Assembly: GCA_964408285.1 (NCBI GenBank)
Contig: CAYOYV010000010.1
Location: 1,813-64,841 of the forward strand
Direction: 5' to 3'
DNA length: 63,029 nt
Origin: an uncultured Nitrososphaerota archaeon
Lineage (GTDB): Archaea; Thermoproteota; EX4484-205; JAAOZO01
The position numbers and the translations under genes are program-made. The notes beneath the pieces were generated by a model, which had not been told where the DNA came from, ran no database searches, and worked only from the letters and a program-made list of their open reading frames with translations. Below, in pieces: positions 39,910 to 49,964 of this stretch (position 1 is the stretch's first letter; the number at the start of each line of letters is the position of its first letter).

Positions 39910-40137
39910 ATGTTCAGAGCACTCATTCTCGTTAAATGCTCCTACGGGGCGTCAGTTGCCATATCATCGGAAGCGAAAAAAGTTCTTGGAGTCACAGACT
40001 GCTATCCGGTATTCGGAAGATATGATGTAGTCATCTTCGTTGAGGGAGAGGACTACAGGGCTGTGAAGGCCATTGCCGACAAGATCTCCGGTCTCGAGGG
40101 GGTCAGAAGCACAGAAACACTTCCAGAGGGCGACTAG
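39910..40137 (+). CDS. Stand-alone Lrp/AsnC ligand-binding (RAM) domain
   Basis: ALILVK...GV.....FGRYDVV...GVRSTETL. Confidence 0.88.
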   Translation: MFRALILVKCSYGASVAISSEAKKVLGVTDCYPVFGRYDVVIFVEGEDYRAVKAIADKISGLEGVRSTETLPEGD

Positions 40138-40571
40138 CGCCCTCAATGATCCTTTTTCCGGTTCGTGCTACCGTTTCTTGCGGCTAGACTCCGAGTGGAA
40201 ATCCTGAAGCATGCGAAGGTCCCGCTGCGACCGCGATTGAAGTCAGATATATGAAGGCAGATATGGCAGCAAGCGCAGATGACTCTACAGTACTTCGACG
40301 GAGGATATTTCAGATCAGCACGCAACGCGCTTGCGAGAATATTCTACGCAAGCCAGATCGAAGTGATTCTCAGAGATACTGAAGCTGAATTGGCCGAGCG
40401 CTTGGGCGTAGAGAAATGCTAACGTGAGGAGCAGTTCCATGTGATTTCCGCTTCTATCTGTTGAATTCGTGAGCATAAGTCACTCGCTGAGCTTGGGTGA
40501 TGTGGGGAGCGTAGTGGTCACACGCCGGCACTATGTCGAATTGTCACGCAATATGCCCTCTCAGCCAAAAG

Positions 40572-41162
40572 CTATGGGTATCTGGGCTTTGCAAGGATTT
40601 CTCTTATCTCAATCGCTTCGAAGCTTCTCGGATATGCAGGCTTGACGACAATGGCTGTATCAGCGCCTTCGCCAGTGCCAGCAATCGATATCACTTCTCT
40701 ATCTGTACTTATGAGGCCTGCATCGGCAGCCATCAGAACGATCTCAACACTCACTTTCATTCCTTGGCTGAACCGGTACAGAACCTCTCTAACGATTTGT
40801 TCCATTGATATCCCGCCGTGCTTCTCAGCTAAGGAGCCTGCGACTCCGTCCCCAAGAGCATGGGTGCAAGTCAGGACTTTGATCCCTGCAGCCTGAAGTT
40901 TTCTCCTCTCGCTACGGGTCATCGTCCATCCCTCCTTGCTGAATCCTTCGCTGATTGTGACAGCAACAAGATTGACCTTCATTCCTTTGAACGCCTTGGC
41001 AGCCTTGAGGGCAGTTCCGCCATGGGTTGACGCTATGACAACATCCTTGATGCGGAGCTGTTGTGCTCTCTTCCTTGCGATGTTCAATGTCCTTTCAGTG
41101 TTAGTTGCTCCCTGCCTAGCGAAGTAGACAGCTTCTACCTCCCTATCGCTCACACGCCTCAT
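40572..41162 (-). CDS. Pyruvate kinase C-terminal-like stand-alone protein (MTH1675-like)
   Basis: YF...G..NT..TL, VIASTHGGTA, FSQGMKV..EI.LMAADAG, GTGEGADTA. Start trimmed from 41297. Confidence 0.85.
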   Translation of the reverse strand: MRRVSDREVEAVYFARQGATNTERTLNIARKRAQQLRIKDVVIASTHGGTALKAAKAFKGMKVNLVAVTISEGFSKEGWTMTRSERRKLQAAGIKVLTCTHALGDGVAGSLAEKHGGISMEQIVREVLYRFSQGMKVSVEIVLMAADAGLISTDREVISIAGTGEGADTAIVVKPAYPRSFEAIEIREILAKPRYP

Positions 41163-41247
41163 GCTAAGTACTACTTCAGGTGAATCTCCCCCTTGCGGAA
41201 TATAAGATTTGGCGAATTCGCGCACAGAAATGGCTCCGATAATCGAC

Positions 41248-42102
41248 TCATGTGCCCGTGGAATTCGTCGGCACGTAGATGAATGGTATTGCTTCACCGC
41301 CTAGGAAGTATGGTAGCTTGCCGTCCCATTTCTCAAGCGCTATCCATTGGAGAATCAATGGGTCAAGTTGTTCCTTGCGCAGTCTGAAGGCTTCCGCGTC
41401 TCCCTTCGCCCTAATGACTGTGGCGTTGTAGTATGCCTCCGCTTGTATTATCTGCTGTTGGGCCTCATATCTGATCTGTTCCAGCTTATTCTTTGCTTCT
41501 AGGGCCCTCTGCTCAGCGGTGACCTTTGCTTCAATGGCCGCCGTGAATTGGCTGGAGAACTCGTAGTTCCTTATCTGAACGCTAACGACTTCTATGTTGA
41601 AAGCGCCCAATCTTTGCTTCAGAATGCGCTCGAATTCCAACTTCACCTCAGATCTCTTTGTTATGAGTTCCTCCGCTCTGAATAGCGCAGTGGTCGCCTT
41701 TATTGATTCATCGATGTTGGGAATGACTATTCTGTCCTTATAGTCTTGCTTGAAGTTCACATATATTTCCTTAAGGTAGGAGGGATTCAGCCGGTAATTG
41801 ACTGCTATCGTCGCCGTAACTTCCTGCAGGTCTTGGGAGGCAACGCTCTCCGTGGCCTCAGCTTTCTGGATCGTTACATCCATGAGTTCAACACGTTGCA
41901 TTATTGGAATGACGAAACTCAGACCCTCGCTTCTGACGTCAGTTACCTCTCCCCAAGTCAGCACAATACCCCTACTTCCAGCGGGGACAACCACGGCTGA
42001 TCCGATTACTATCAATACCACGATGATTGCGACTGCTATAATGCCGGCTATCCTTACTGCTCCGGATATTGCGGTTCTCAACTCCGCTCCTTCTGCTCTC
42101 AT
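41248..42102 (-). CDS. SPFH/prohibitin family membrane protein
   Basis: TM, VPAG.RG, EGL.F.IP, SQDLQ, AIEAKVTAEQ, IEKWDG-like (LEKWDGKLP). Start trimmed from 42231. Confidence 0.92.
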   Translation of the reverse strand: MRAEGAELRTAISGAVRIAGIIAVAIIVVLIVIGSAVVVPAGSRGIVLTWGEVTDVRSEGLSFVIPIMQRVELMDVTIQKAEATESVASQDLQEVTATIAVNYRLNPSYLKEIYVNFKQDYKDRIVIPNIDESIKATTALFRAEELITKRSEVKLEFERILKQRLGAFNIEVVSVQIRNYEFSSQFTAAIEAKVTAEQRALEAKNKLEQIRYEAQQQIIQAEAYYNATVIRAKGDAEAFRLRKEQLDPLILQWIALEKWDGKLPYFLGGEAIPFIYVPTNSTGT

Positions 42103-42380
42103 CTTTTTCCTCACCTCTTCTTTCTGAGACACCTCGCTCTCTTCTCGACAGGTAGTCTCCACCTCCTGCTCATCATCTCGAACAGGTTTGTAATCGGACC
42201 GCAGATTCAGCCACAGTGCCCGAATGCCCATCGATATAGGTCTTTACCTGTATCATCATCAGAAAGCACAAGCTAGGCAACGTAGGATCTGCCATTCCGC
42301 TTTTTCTATGAATCAACGCACTGAGGTCTGATATTCCTTCTAACATCTGGAATCTGCGGCCGAGTTGTATGAGTTCCTGA

Positions 42381-42752
42381 ATCCGCGCGGGCGCGCTTCC
42401 GCAGACTTGGTATGATGATGATCCATTGGATGCCATTGTCCTTTCCTATGAGCGAACGGAAGTGGGTTGTGTGATAGAGTCAAGGCCGATTGCAGTGTTG
42501 ATAATGGAGGATGAGGGAGGCACAGATCCGAAGATACTATCCATTCCAATAAGAGATCCCCGATTCGATGGTATATCAGACATCAAGGATGTCCATCCCC
42601 ACAAGCTAAAGGAGATACAGGAGTTCTTCGAGACATACAAAAGACTTGAGCCTCACAAATTCGTGAAGTTCAGGGAATGGACGGACGCACAGAGAGCTCA
42701 GAAGATAATCAGGTATGGCATCGACCTTTTCGCCAAAAAGAAATCAAGTTGA
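42381..42752 (+). pseudogene. ppa: Family I inorganic pyrophosphatase, 5'-truncated
   Basis: The frame reads *IRAGALPQTWYDDDPLDAIVL...MEDEGGTDPKI...FFETYKRLE. In-frame TGA at 42378; the N-terminal ~55 aa are missing. Confidence 0.8.
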
Positions 42753-42765
42753 TGGTGACAGAAAG

Positions 42766-45318
42766 CTAGACCTCGTAGCGGCTGAAGAAGATATGTTTGA
42801 GGACCTCAACCAGCAGGAAGTAGGCTGCAAGTATTCCGAGCATCAACGCGAAGAACCAAAGAGGTGGCTTCGCAAACTCAAATAGGCTGCCTATAGGCGA
42901 GAAGATGACTAGCACTGTAATCGAAGAAACGGCAATAGCAGCAATTATCATCAGATTACTCGGCTTTGACTCATAGAACTTCCTCTTTGTCCTTATGGAG
43001 AACGTCACAAAGATCTCTGAGAGAACCGATTCCATGAACCATCCTGTCCTGAAAATCTCCTGATCCGCGTGAAGGACGTATATGAGTGAACTGATCGTAG
43101 CCATGTCGAATATGGAACTGATAAGGCCGAAGAAGCCGATGAAACGCGCTATCGAACCGATCTGCCATTTCCTTGGCTTCAGAAGGCCTTCTTGGTCGAG
43201 GTTGTCCGTGGATATGGACAGAAGAGGAGCATCCGAGAGCAGGTTGATCAACAAGATCTGTGAAGGAAGAAGAGGGATGAATGGAAGAAATAAGGATCCA
43301 ACGGCCACAGTGAACATATTTCCAAAATTCGCGCTTGTAGTATTCATGATGTACTTTGTCATGTTGCCGAATGCTCTTCTTCCTTCGACGACCCCGTCAG
43401 CAATGACATCAAGGCTCTTCTCAAGAAGTAGTATGGAGGAAGCCTCCTTTGCGACCTGAACTCCCGAGTCAACTGAGATTCCTGCGTCAGCGAGTCTGAG
43501 TGCCGGGGCATCATTGACCCCATCTCCGAGGAATCCGACAACATGGCCATTCTTCCTAAGGGCATCGACAATGGCTGACTTCTGCTCGGGTGTTACTCGT
43601 CCATACACATCGTGTTCATCGACCACCTTTCGGAATTCCTCCTCTTTCATGTCTTCGAGTTCCATGCCTGTGATGACCTTTCCCTGTATGTCCATCCCCA
43701 GACGACGACAGATTTCGGTAGTAACCACGGGATCATCTCCGCTCAGAATCTTCAGCCTTATGCGAAGTGACTTCAGTCTGGCTATGGCCTTCGCAGCATC
43801 TTCCTTCGGAGGATCTGACAAGACTATCAAGCCTATGAAAGTCAACCCAGTCTCATCGGCCACCGAGTAGTCGGGCTTGGATTCGATTTCCTTGTAGCCT
43901 ATGCCAATCAGTCTAAGTCCAAGGCGAGTGTATTCTGACATCAGTGAATCCAAATCCCTCCTCGCCTCAAGCAAGGACCTCGTTTTTCCATCAATAGACA
44001 CACTAGTGGATACCGCAAGGATAGCCTCTGGCGCACCCTTTGAGATCAAGGTCCTCCAGTCATCCATTTCAACGACATAACTCATCCTCCTTCTATTGAA
44101 TCCGAATGGTATCTCATGGACTTGCTTGCAGTCCTTCAGACTTGCTTCTTCAATCCCTGTTTTCCGGGCATAATTCCAGATAGCAACATCGATGGGATTT
44201 CCTATGACTCTCTCGCCCTCTAGAACCGCAGAGTTACATAGCAGAAAATACTTCATGAGCTCCGGCTTCGGATGGCCCTCAGGATCGACCATATTCTCAA
44301 CACTCATTTCGTTCTGCGTCAGAGTTCCTGTCTTGTCAGTGCAGAGCACATCCACATTACCAAGGTCTTCTATGGCCTCAAGCCTCTTGACGACAACCTT
44401 CTTCTTTACTAACCTTAACGCGCCATCCGACAATCCCACCGTTATTATGACTGGCAAAGCCTCCGGTATGATCCCCACCGCAAGGGCCAATGAGAAAAGC
44501 AATGAGTCGAAGATTCCGCGACCCAGAATGGAATTCACCAGGAATACGAAAGTTGTCAGCAACAGAATGACCTTAACCAGAAAGCTTCCGAAACTTGCTA
44601 TGTTCTTCTGAAAGTCTGTCCTTGGTGGCAGGAGGGAAAGGCTGGTCGCTACTCGGCCGAAATATGTCATTTTGCCCGTGCTCACAACTACTCCCATGCC
44701 GGTGCCATTTGTCACCTCAGATCCCATAAGGAGGGTGTTGGACAGTTGATGAGGCAGAGGCTTCTCATAAAAGATCGGCTGGATTCCTTTTTCAACCGAG
44801 GTTGATTCCCCCGTCAGAACTGATTCATTCGTTTGTAGCTCGTCGGCTTCCATCAACCGGATGTCTGCAGGAACAACATCACCAATCGCAAGGTAGACAA
44901 CATCCCCCGGAACCAGTTCCCTAGTATCAATCGCTTGTCTCTTTCCGTCCCTCAGAACGAACGCCCTGTATGATATATACCTCCTCAATTCGTCGACAGC
45001 TTTCTCCGATCTGTATTGCTGTGCAAATCCCAGCAAGGCATTCACGAAGACTATGATGACTATGATTATTGCCTCCGTTGTCTCTCCTAGAAGGCCGGCG
45101 ATCGCAGCAGCGAAAACCAACACATAAACAAGTGGATTCGTCAGCTGGGAAATGAGGAGATCAAGAGTCGTTCTGCGTCCCACTACCGCTACCTCATTGC
45201 GGCCATAGTCTCTAAGCCTGCGGGCCGCCTCGGCTACATCGAGCCCTTCTGCGGAAGCATCGAGCGATCTAAGGACTTCCTGTGCGTCCACTCTCCAGTA
45301 CTCGATATCCTTCCGCAT
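42766..45318 (-). CDS. mgtA: Magnesium-translocating P-type ATPase (P3B)
   Basis: TGES, PEALP, DKTGTLT, KGAPE, DPPK, GDGVND, TSANFGNMF, PFIPLLPSQIL. Confidence 0.9.
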   Translation of the reverse strand: MRKDIEYWRVDAQEVLRSLDASAEGLDVAEAARRLRDYGRNEVAVVGRRTTLDLLISQLTNPLVYVLVFAAAIAGLLGETTEAIIIVIIVFVNALLGFAQQYRSEKAVDELRRYISYRAFVLRDGKRQAIDTRELVPGDVVYLAIGDVVPADIRLMEADELQTNESVLTGESTSVEKGIQPIFYEKPLPHQLSNTLLMGSEVTNGTGMGVVVSTGKMTYFGRVATSLSLLPPRTDFQKNIASFGSFLVKVILLLTTFVFLVNSILGRGIFDSLLFSLALAVGIIPEALPVIITVGLSDGALRLVKKKVVVKRLEAIEDLGNVDVLCTDKTGTLTQNEMSVENMVDPEGHPKPELMKYFLLCNSAVLEGERVIGNPIDVAIWNYARKTGIEEASLKDCKQVHEIPFGFNRRRMSYVVEMDDWRTLISKGAPEAILAVSTSVSIDGKTRSLLEARRDLDSLMSEYTRLGLRLIGIGYKEIESKPDYSVADETGLTFIGLIVLSDPPKEDAAKAIARLKSLRIRLKILSGDDPVVTTEICRRLGMDIQGKVITGMELEDMKEEEFRKVVDEHDVYGRVTPEQKSAIVDALRKNGHVVGFLGDGVNDAPALRLADAGISVDSGVQVAKEASSILLLEKSLDVIADGVVEGRRAFGNMTKYIMNTTSANFGNMFTVAVGSLFLPFIPLLPSQILLINLLSDAPLLSISTDNLDQEGLLKPRKWQIGSIARFIGFFGLISSIFDMATISSLIYVLHADQEIFRTGWFMESVLSEIFVTFSIRTKRKFYESKPSNLMIIAAIAVSSITVLVIFSPIGSLFEFAKPPLWFFALMLGILAAYFLLVEVLKHIFFSRYEV

Positions 45319-45371
45319 GGGCTTCGGCTGCCCCTCGGGCCCTTATACGCTTGTCGTCGAGTTGGTCGTGG

Positions 45372-45725
45372 ATGGAAGCGATTCTGGGACTCCTTGTAGG
45401 ATGCGCCGCGTTCCGTCAGGAAGGAGAATGTGGGGGTATCCCATACTCCGAGGATCATGGGGCCACGAAGGCGATCTCGATAGAGCTTGATGGTAGAATA
45501 CCAATCTACAAGGACCTGCACATATGCAACTCCTTCGAGGAGGAGATCCTCGGGGTTCTGGATTCCTATGATCAATGGAAGATACCGGAAGCAAGGGGAT
45601 TGTTCGGAAAGCGAGCAAGGGGACCAATAGATTGGGCAAGAACCAAGGGAATAGGGCCCGATCCGAAAGGCTATTTCAGAATCTCCGATCTATCCCTTGA
45701 TGTTCCTAGGAGGGCAGGATGCTAA
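45372..45725 (+). CDS. Hypothetical protein or gene remnant
   Basis: Open frame between mgtA and the DUF362 gene; no recognisable motif. Confidence 0.3.
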   Translation: MEAILGLLVGCAAFRQEGECGGIPYSEDHGATKAISIELDGRIPIYKDLHICNSFEEEILGVLDSYDQWKIPEARGLFGKRARGPIDWARTKGIGPDPKGYFRISDLSLDVPRRAGC

Positions 45726-45830
45726 AGCCGTTGACTCACTCGAATCCTCAGATCAAGGACGAATAGAATCATGTTAGGGCTGATTGTCGGAAAAGGATAA
45801 AAGAGGCACGGCCGGTTCCGACGAGCGATC

Positions 45831-46628
45831 TTGGCTTCTAAGGTTGCCATCGTTAGGCTGGGAAATGATATTGAGGGCTCGGTCAAGCAAGCAATCGATC
45901 TAATAGGAGGAATCGATGACATCAACGTCAGGCAAAGGCAGGTTGTCGTCAAACCTGGAATCTTCGATCATAGGAGGAAGAATTATCCAACTGTCAAGGT
46001 CATAGACGCGATTGTGCGTAGGTTCGGCAAGGCCCAAAAGATATTCCTTGCAGAGTCCGACAACTATAGGGGCACAGGATCTGAACGTCTCAAGGTCTAC
46101 GAGAAGCTCTTCTCAAGGAAAGTCGTACCTTTCAATCTTTCTGAGGATCTGGATGTCAGTGAGATGCAGATAGCAGGGGAAAAAATGGCACTATCCCATA
46201 TTCTATTCAAGCCAAATGTCATAGTGAGTGTTCACGTGCCGCGGTCCTTCGAGAAAGGGGCAGTCCTGAAGAATCTCTTTGGCTTCGTCCCGGATAGAAA
46301 GAAGCTCAGGTTCCATAAAAAGCTGTCGGACGTCATCTTGGACATATACGGAGCAATAGGCGGAATTGATTTGGCTGTCTTGGACGGCACTGTGATCTAT
46401 CCGTCTCCTTCATCTTCAAAAGGCAGGAAGGCAGACCTCTTTCTGGTTGGTAGGGATGCAGTCGCAGTCGAGACAATAGGAGCGAAGCTCGCTGGATTAG
46501 ATCCGTCCGCCATGGACATAATACAGAAGGCTTCGAAAAGGGGCTTCGGTGAAGGTAACATTAGAAGGATAGAAGTTGTAGGAAGCGATCTCAGCGAGAT
46601 CGAAGAGGACATCATCAAGAGGAAATAG
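45831..46628 (+). CDS. DUF362 family protein
   Basis: VVVKP, LKNLFG, FH, LDG, DAVAV motifs. Confidence 0.8.
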   Translation: MASKVAIVRLGNDIEGSVKQAIDLIGGIDDINVRQRQVVVKPGIFDHRRKNYPTVKVIDAIVRRFGKAQKIFLAESDNYRGTGSERLKVYEKLFSRKVVPFNLSEDLDVSEMQIAGEKMALSHILFKPNVIVSVHVPRSFEKGAVLKNLFGFVPDRKKLRFHKKLSDVILDIYGAIGGIDLAVLDGTVIYPSPSSSKGRKADLFLVGRDAVAVETIGAKLAGLDPSAMDIIQKASKRGFGEGNIRRIEVVGSDLSEIEEDIIKRK

Positions 46629-46738
46629 ATGGCATATCGACACCATGACGCGTGCCTCAGCTCTGTAGCTCCATCACACAATGCCAGAATGAGTGATAGG
46701 TGTTAGGCACTGATCTTTCTAATGGGGGTCTTTCCCAG

Positions 46739-46855
46739 TCATCGCAACTTGACAATCTGTTCGTCAAAGCCAAAGCCCTTTCTTCCATTGCAGATGAAGC
46801 AGACATGAGCCTCGTGCAGTCTGAGCAGCTGCTCGGGCGTTTCCCTATAACCCAT
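46739..46855 (-). CDS. Possible 38-aa His/Cys microprotein
   Basis: MGYRETPEQLLRLHEAHVCFICNGRKGFGFDEQIVKLR*, with purine-rich AAAGAAGGAAACAGG upstream. Confidence 0.35.
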   Translation of the reverse strand: MGYRETPEQLLRLHEAHVCFICNGRKGFGFDEQIVKLR

Positions 46856-47175
46856 GATCCTGTTTCCTTCTTTGTTGACTTGTTCAGTGAAGTAATCTCC
46901 TAGCACTTCAAAAAAAGAAAAGAGGAGTGGTCGAGTCGCACCAATCGTCGTCACCGTATCCCCTTGTCCAGACAGTCTCGCTTGCGCCAGCTCCACGCGA
47001 ACTCGGCAATGACATCTGACGGGTCAACCTCTGATGGTTAATGAGTCTTTCATGCGTAAAATAAGTGCTGTCGGAGTGAGGGTCTGGGCTTTGAGAGTGC
47101 AGGTGCGATCTCATGGTGTTGGAGAGTACCTCGATCTCAGGTGGCACATTCGAATTGGCCGTCTCAAGACGTAGT

Positions 47176-48738
47176 TCATTCCGGATATGAATAGATCGAG
47201 TATGCATTCACGACGGAATCGTAGATCCTCTCGTATTGATTATAGATTGCTGAGTAGACCTCATGGCGTTCTTCGTTCGGAAGATAGCTCTTTCTCACCT
47301 TGACCAGATCCTGCGCTGCCTTGTGTAAGTCAGAATACTGTCCGGTCCCGGCGCCTGCTAGCAAGGCGGCTCCCAGCGCCGCGGCATCCTCAACCTTCGG
47401 AATCGATATCGTCATTCCAAGGATGTCCGCCTTCATCTGATTCCAGATTTCGCTTTTCGTTTCGCCCCCAACCATATTAATCCTTCTCACCTGTATGCCA
47501 AGATCACTGAGAAGTCCGAAAGACTCCAGATACTGGAACGTTACACCTTCGAGTAAGGCCCTAACGAAGTGCGCTTTGGAATGTGAAAGACTAATCCCGA
47601 AATAGATACCTCGGGCCTTCCTGTCGAACTTCCGGGAAAAGACTCCTGCCAAATATGGGTAGAAGAAGAGTCCATCTGCGCCGGGACCGATCTCCTCAGC
47701 CTGTCTAACCAGAAGATCGTAGGAACTAATCGAGGTCCTGTCAGCCCTCTCTTTCTCCTCTTTTCCGAACACATCCCTGAACCAACGGAGAGATGCGCCA
47801 GTTGTTGCCATTATGATCTCATATTCCCAGGCGTTGGGGATAACATGGCAGCAACAGTCTATCCTGCCTTGCTTATCAATGGATGGTTGTCGTAACGGCA
47901 CCTCGATGACGGAACCAGTTCCAGTTCCTATGTTCACCAGACCTTCAAGCGTTACGCCCGCTCCCAAGCATTCACAAGGACGGTCTCCTCCTCCGTTCAC
48001 AACGGGGAGGCCCTTGGGAAGTAGGGTCTCCTTCGAGGCTAAGGATGAGATCTCCCCGACCACAGCTGATGATTCCTTTGCGTCAGGTAACTTGTCGATT
48101 GGGACTCCAATTGCAGAGCAGATCTCCTCTGACCATTCCCTCCTCTTTATGTCGAACAACATGGTTCTGGAGGCCATAGAGTAGTCCGTGACCTTCTCTC
48201 CGGTCAATTTGTGAACGATGTAGTCCTTCGCGCAAAGAAGGGCTGAGGCCCGGTCGAATGCTTCTGGAACATTTTCCTTCAGCCAGAGGATTTTTGATGC
48301 AGAGAAAATGGGATCGATTCCAACACCGGCGATCGAAAGTACCCTTTCTTCGTTGATATTCTGCTTGATCTTCTCGGCTTGAGCTCCGGTCCTTTGGTCG
48401 AGCCATATGATGCTATTATACAACTCTGCACCATTCTTACCTATGGGAACAATCGCCTCCCTTTGGGAATCGACCGAAAGACCAACAATGGAATTGGTCT
48501 CTATGCCTGATTTAGTCAGGCATTCCCTGACGGTCTCGACGACAGCACTCCACCATTCGGTCGGACATTGTTCAGCCCATCTTGGCTTCGGATGATAGAC
48601 AGGATATTCCCTGAATGCCTCGACCGCCTTCTCCCCCTCTAGATTGAACGCAACCGTTTTGCAACCAGAGGTGCCAAGATCTATGCCTATGAGGTACGGG
48701 GCCATAGGTCTTGTTTTCTCTTCTCTATCTATCGACAT
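47176..48738 (-). CDS. xylB: Xylulokinase (FGGY carbohydrate kinase)
   Basis: GIDLGTSGCK, WAEQ.P, IWLDQRT, GGGD, GTG, RALLEGV, LGAALLAG. Directly downstream of xylose isomerase. Confidence 0.85.
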   Translation of the reverse strand: MSIDREEKTRPMAPYLIGIDLGTSGCKTVAFNLEGEKAVEAFREYPVYHPKPRWAEQCPTEWWSAVVETVRECLTKSGIETNSIVGLSVDSQREAIVPIGKNGAELYNSIIWLDQRTGAQAEKIKQNINEERVLSIAGVGIDPIFSASKILWLKENVPEAFDRASALLCAKDYIVHKLTGEKVTDYSMASRTMLFDIKRREWSEEICSAIGVPIDKLPDAKESSAVVGEISSLASKETLLPKGLPVVNGGGDRPCECLGAGVTLEGLVNIGTGTGSVIEVPLRQPSIDKQGRIDCCCHVIPNAWEYEIIMATTGASLRWFRDVFGKEEKERADRTSISSYDLLVRQAEEIGPGADGLFFYPYLAGVFSRKFDRKARGIYFGISLSHSKAHFVRALLEGVTFQYLESFGLLSDLGIQVRRINMVGGETKSEIWNQMKADILGMTISIPKVEDAAALGAALLAGAGTGQYSDLHKAAQDLVKVRKSYLPNEERHEVYSAIYNQYERIYDSVVNAYSIYSYPE

Positions 48739-48809
48739 AAGGGTTTCCCGATCGAGACTTGTCGGATTCGCCCAACCCCCAATCAGATTGTGTATTGCTT
48801 GTGAGAAAT

Positions 48810-49964
48810 CTAGCCCTGCAGGATTACTCTCTTCACCAGGTCCAGTATGTCTGCTTGATCGCCCAGTTGTCTTGCCTTCTCAAGCTCATTCTTCTTCGAA
48901 TATATGAGTAGAGCCTTCTTGGCCAGATTCGCGAATATCTCCTTGGACAGATACATCGCCTTCACAGGATCCATCCTGTAGGTAAACTGATCCTCGCCAA
49001 ACCATCCGTCGTATCCAGTATCTATTGCTGCATAAATGAAGTCAACCATTCTCCAAATGTCGCCCGTCCCAACCACCCTGTCTTCATCATTGCTATGGAG
49101 CTTTGCGGTATTGATGTGGAAGTTGACCAATGGAACTCCAAATGCCCTCAGAGCATAGACTGTTGCTGCTGGCTCAACTGCATACATCTGCTCATGGCCA
49201 TAGTCTATGCAGACCCCCATATTCCGTCCTCCTGTATTCTCATTCACAGTCCTAGCGACCAAGGCAGAGAGATGGGTAGTGGGTACAACCATGTTTCCTT
49301 CTCTTGGTTCATGAAGCTTAGCCTCAATCCCAAAAACCAGACCTGCCTTCTTTGCTCGCTTGTTGATTTTCTCGCAGCCCTCGATGAACAGCCTCAGTTG
49401 CTTTCCATAGTTGACCTCGAAGTTGTAGTCCCACCCATCGGCTCCCGGCCATAGCGCGACGCTCCTGCAATTCATGTCTTTTGCGATTTCAACTGCTTGG
49501 AACGCGATCTCAAGCGCATCTTCCCTGGTCTTACGAGAAGGATTAGTGATACCTCCCATCTTCCATTTTGGATCAGTCCAAAGGTTCGTATTCATGTTAG
49601 TCGGGATAAGGCCGAGTTCCTCAATCGTGTTCTTCACCTGCAGCATCATACTTCCGTTCTTGTGGCACTTCGCATCTATGAATAACGAGTCGTGCAATTC
49701 CACTCCCTTGATTCTGGCCCTCTTCACCCTCTTCAGTTGAGATACTATGTCGCTCTTGAAATCCGGATTGTTGATGTTGTATCCCCCGGTAGCGAATCTA
49801 TCTAGGAAGTCGCCGGATGCCCAATGTCCGGCTGCAAACCTTATCCCGAAATCTTCAAAGAACTCGTCGATCATAGGTCCCTCAAGATATCCCGAATATT
49901 CTGGACCCAATTTGTTCAGGGCCTTTGTGTCTGTTCGCATTTTCTCCGCAGTCACCTTTTCCAC
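48810..49964 (-). CDS. xylA: Xylose isomerase (class I-like)
   Basis: VELHD, TNLWTDP....GGIT, WPGADG, EAKLHEPR, GHEQM, DEDR and EDQF align with class I XI metal/substrate motifs. True start may be ATG 49940. Confidence 0.8.
   Translation of the reverse strand: MEKVTAEKMRTDTKALNKLGPEYSGYLEGPMIDEFFEDFGIRFAAGHWASGDFLDRFATGGYNINNPDFKSDIVSQLKRVKRARIKGVELHDSLFIDAKCHKNGSMMLQVKNTIEELGLIPTNMNTNLWTDPKWKMGGITNPSRKTREDALEIAFQAVEIAKDMNCRSVALWPGADGWDYNFEVNYGKQLRLFIEGCEKINKRAKKAGLVFGIEAKLHEPREGNMVVPTTHLSALVARTVNENTGGRNMGVCIDYGHEQMYAVEPAATVYALRAFGVPLVNFHINTAKLHSNDEDRVVGTGDIWRMVDFIYAAIDTGYDGWFGEDQFTYRMDPVKAMYLSKEIFANLAKKALLIYSKKNELEKARQLGDQADILDLVKRVILQG

Noticed and set aside
40143-40430. Short ORFs after the Lrp pair
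   Set aside because: Competing frames, no motif and no clear promoter.
40500-40570. GGGGAGCGTAGTGGTC resembles a tRNA 5' end
   Set aside because: No T-loop (GTTCRA) or matching acceptor stem follows.
42160-42330. TGATGA and CTGA words suggesting a C/D box sRNA
   Set aside because: Spacing does not fit the ~50-60 nt C-D'-C'-D layout.
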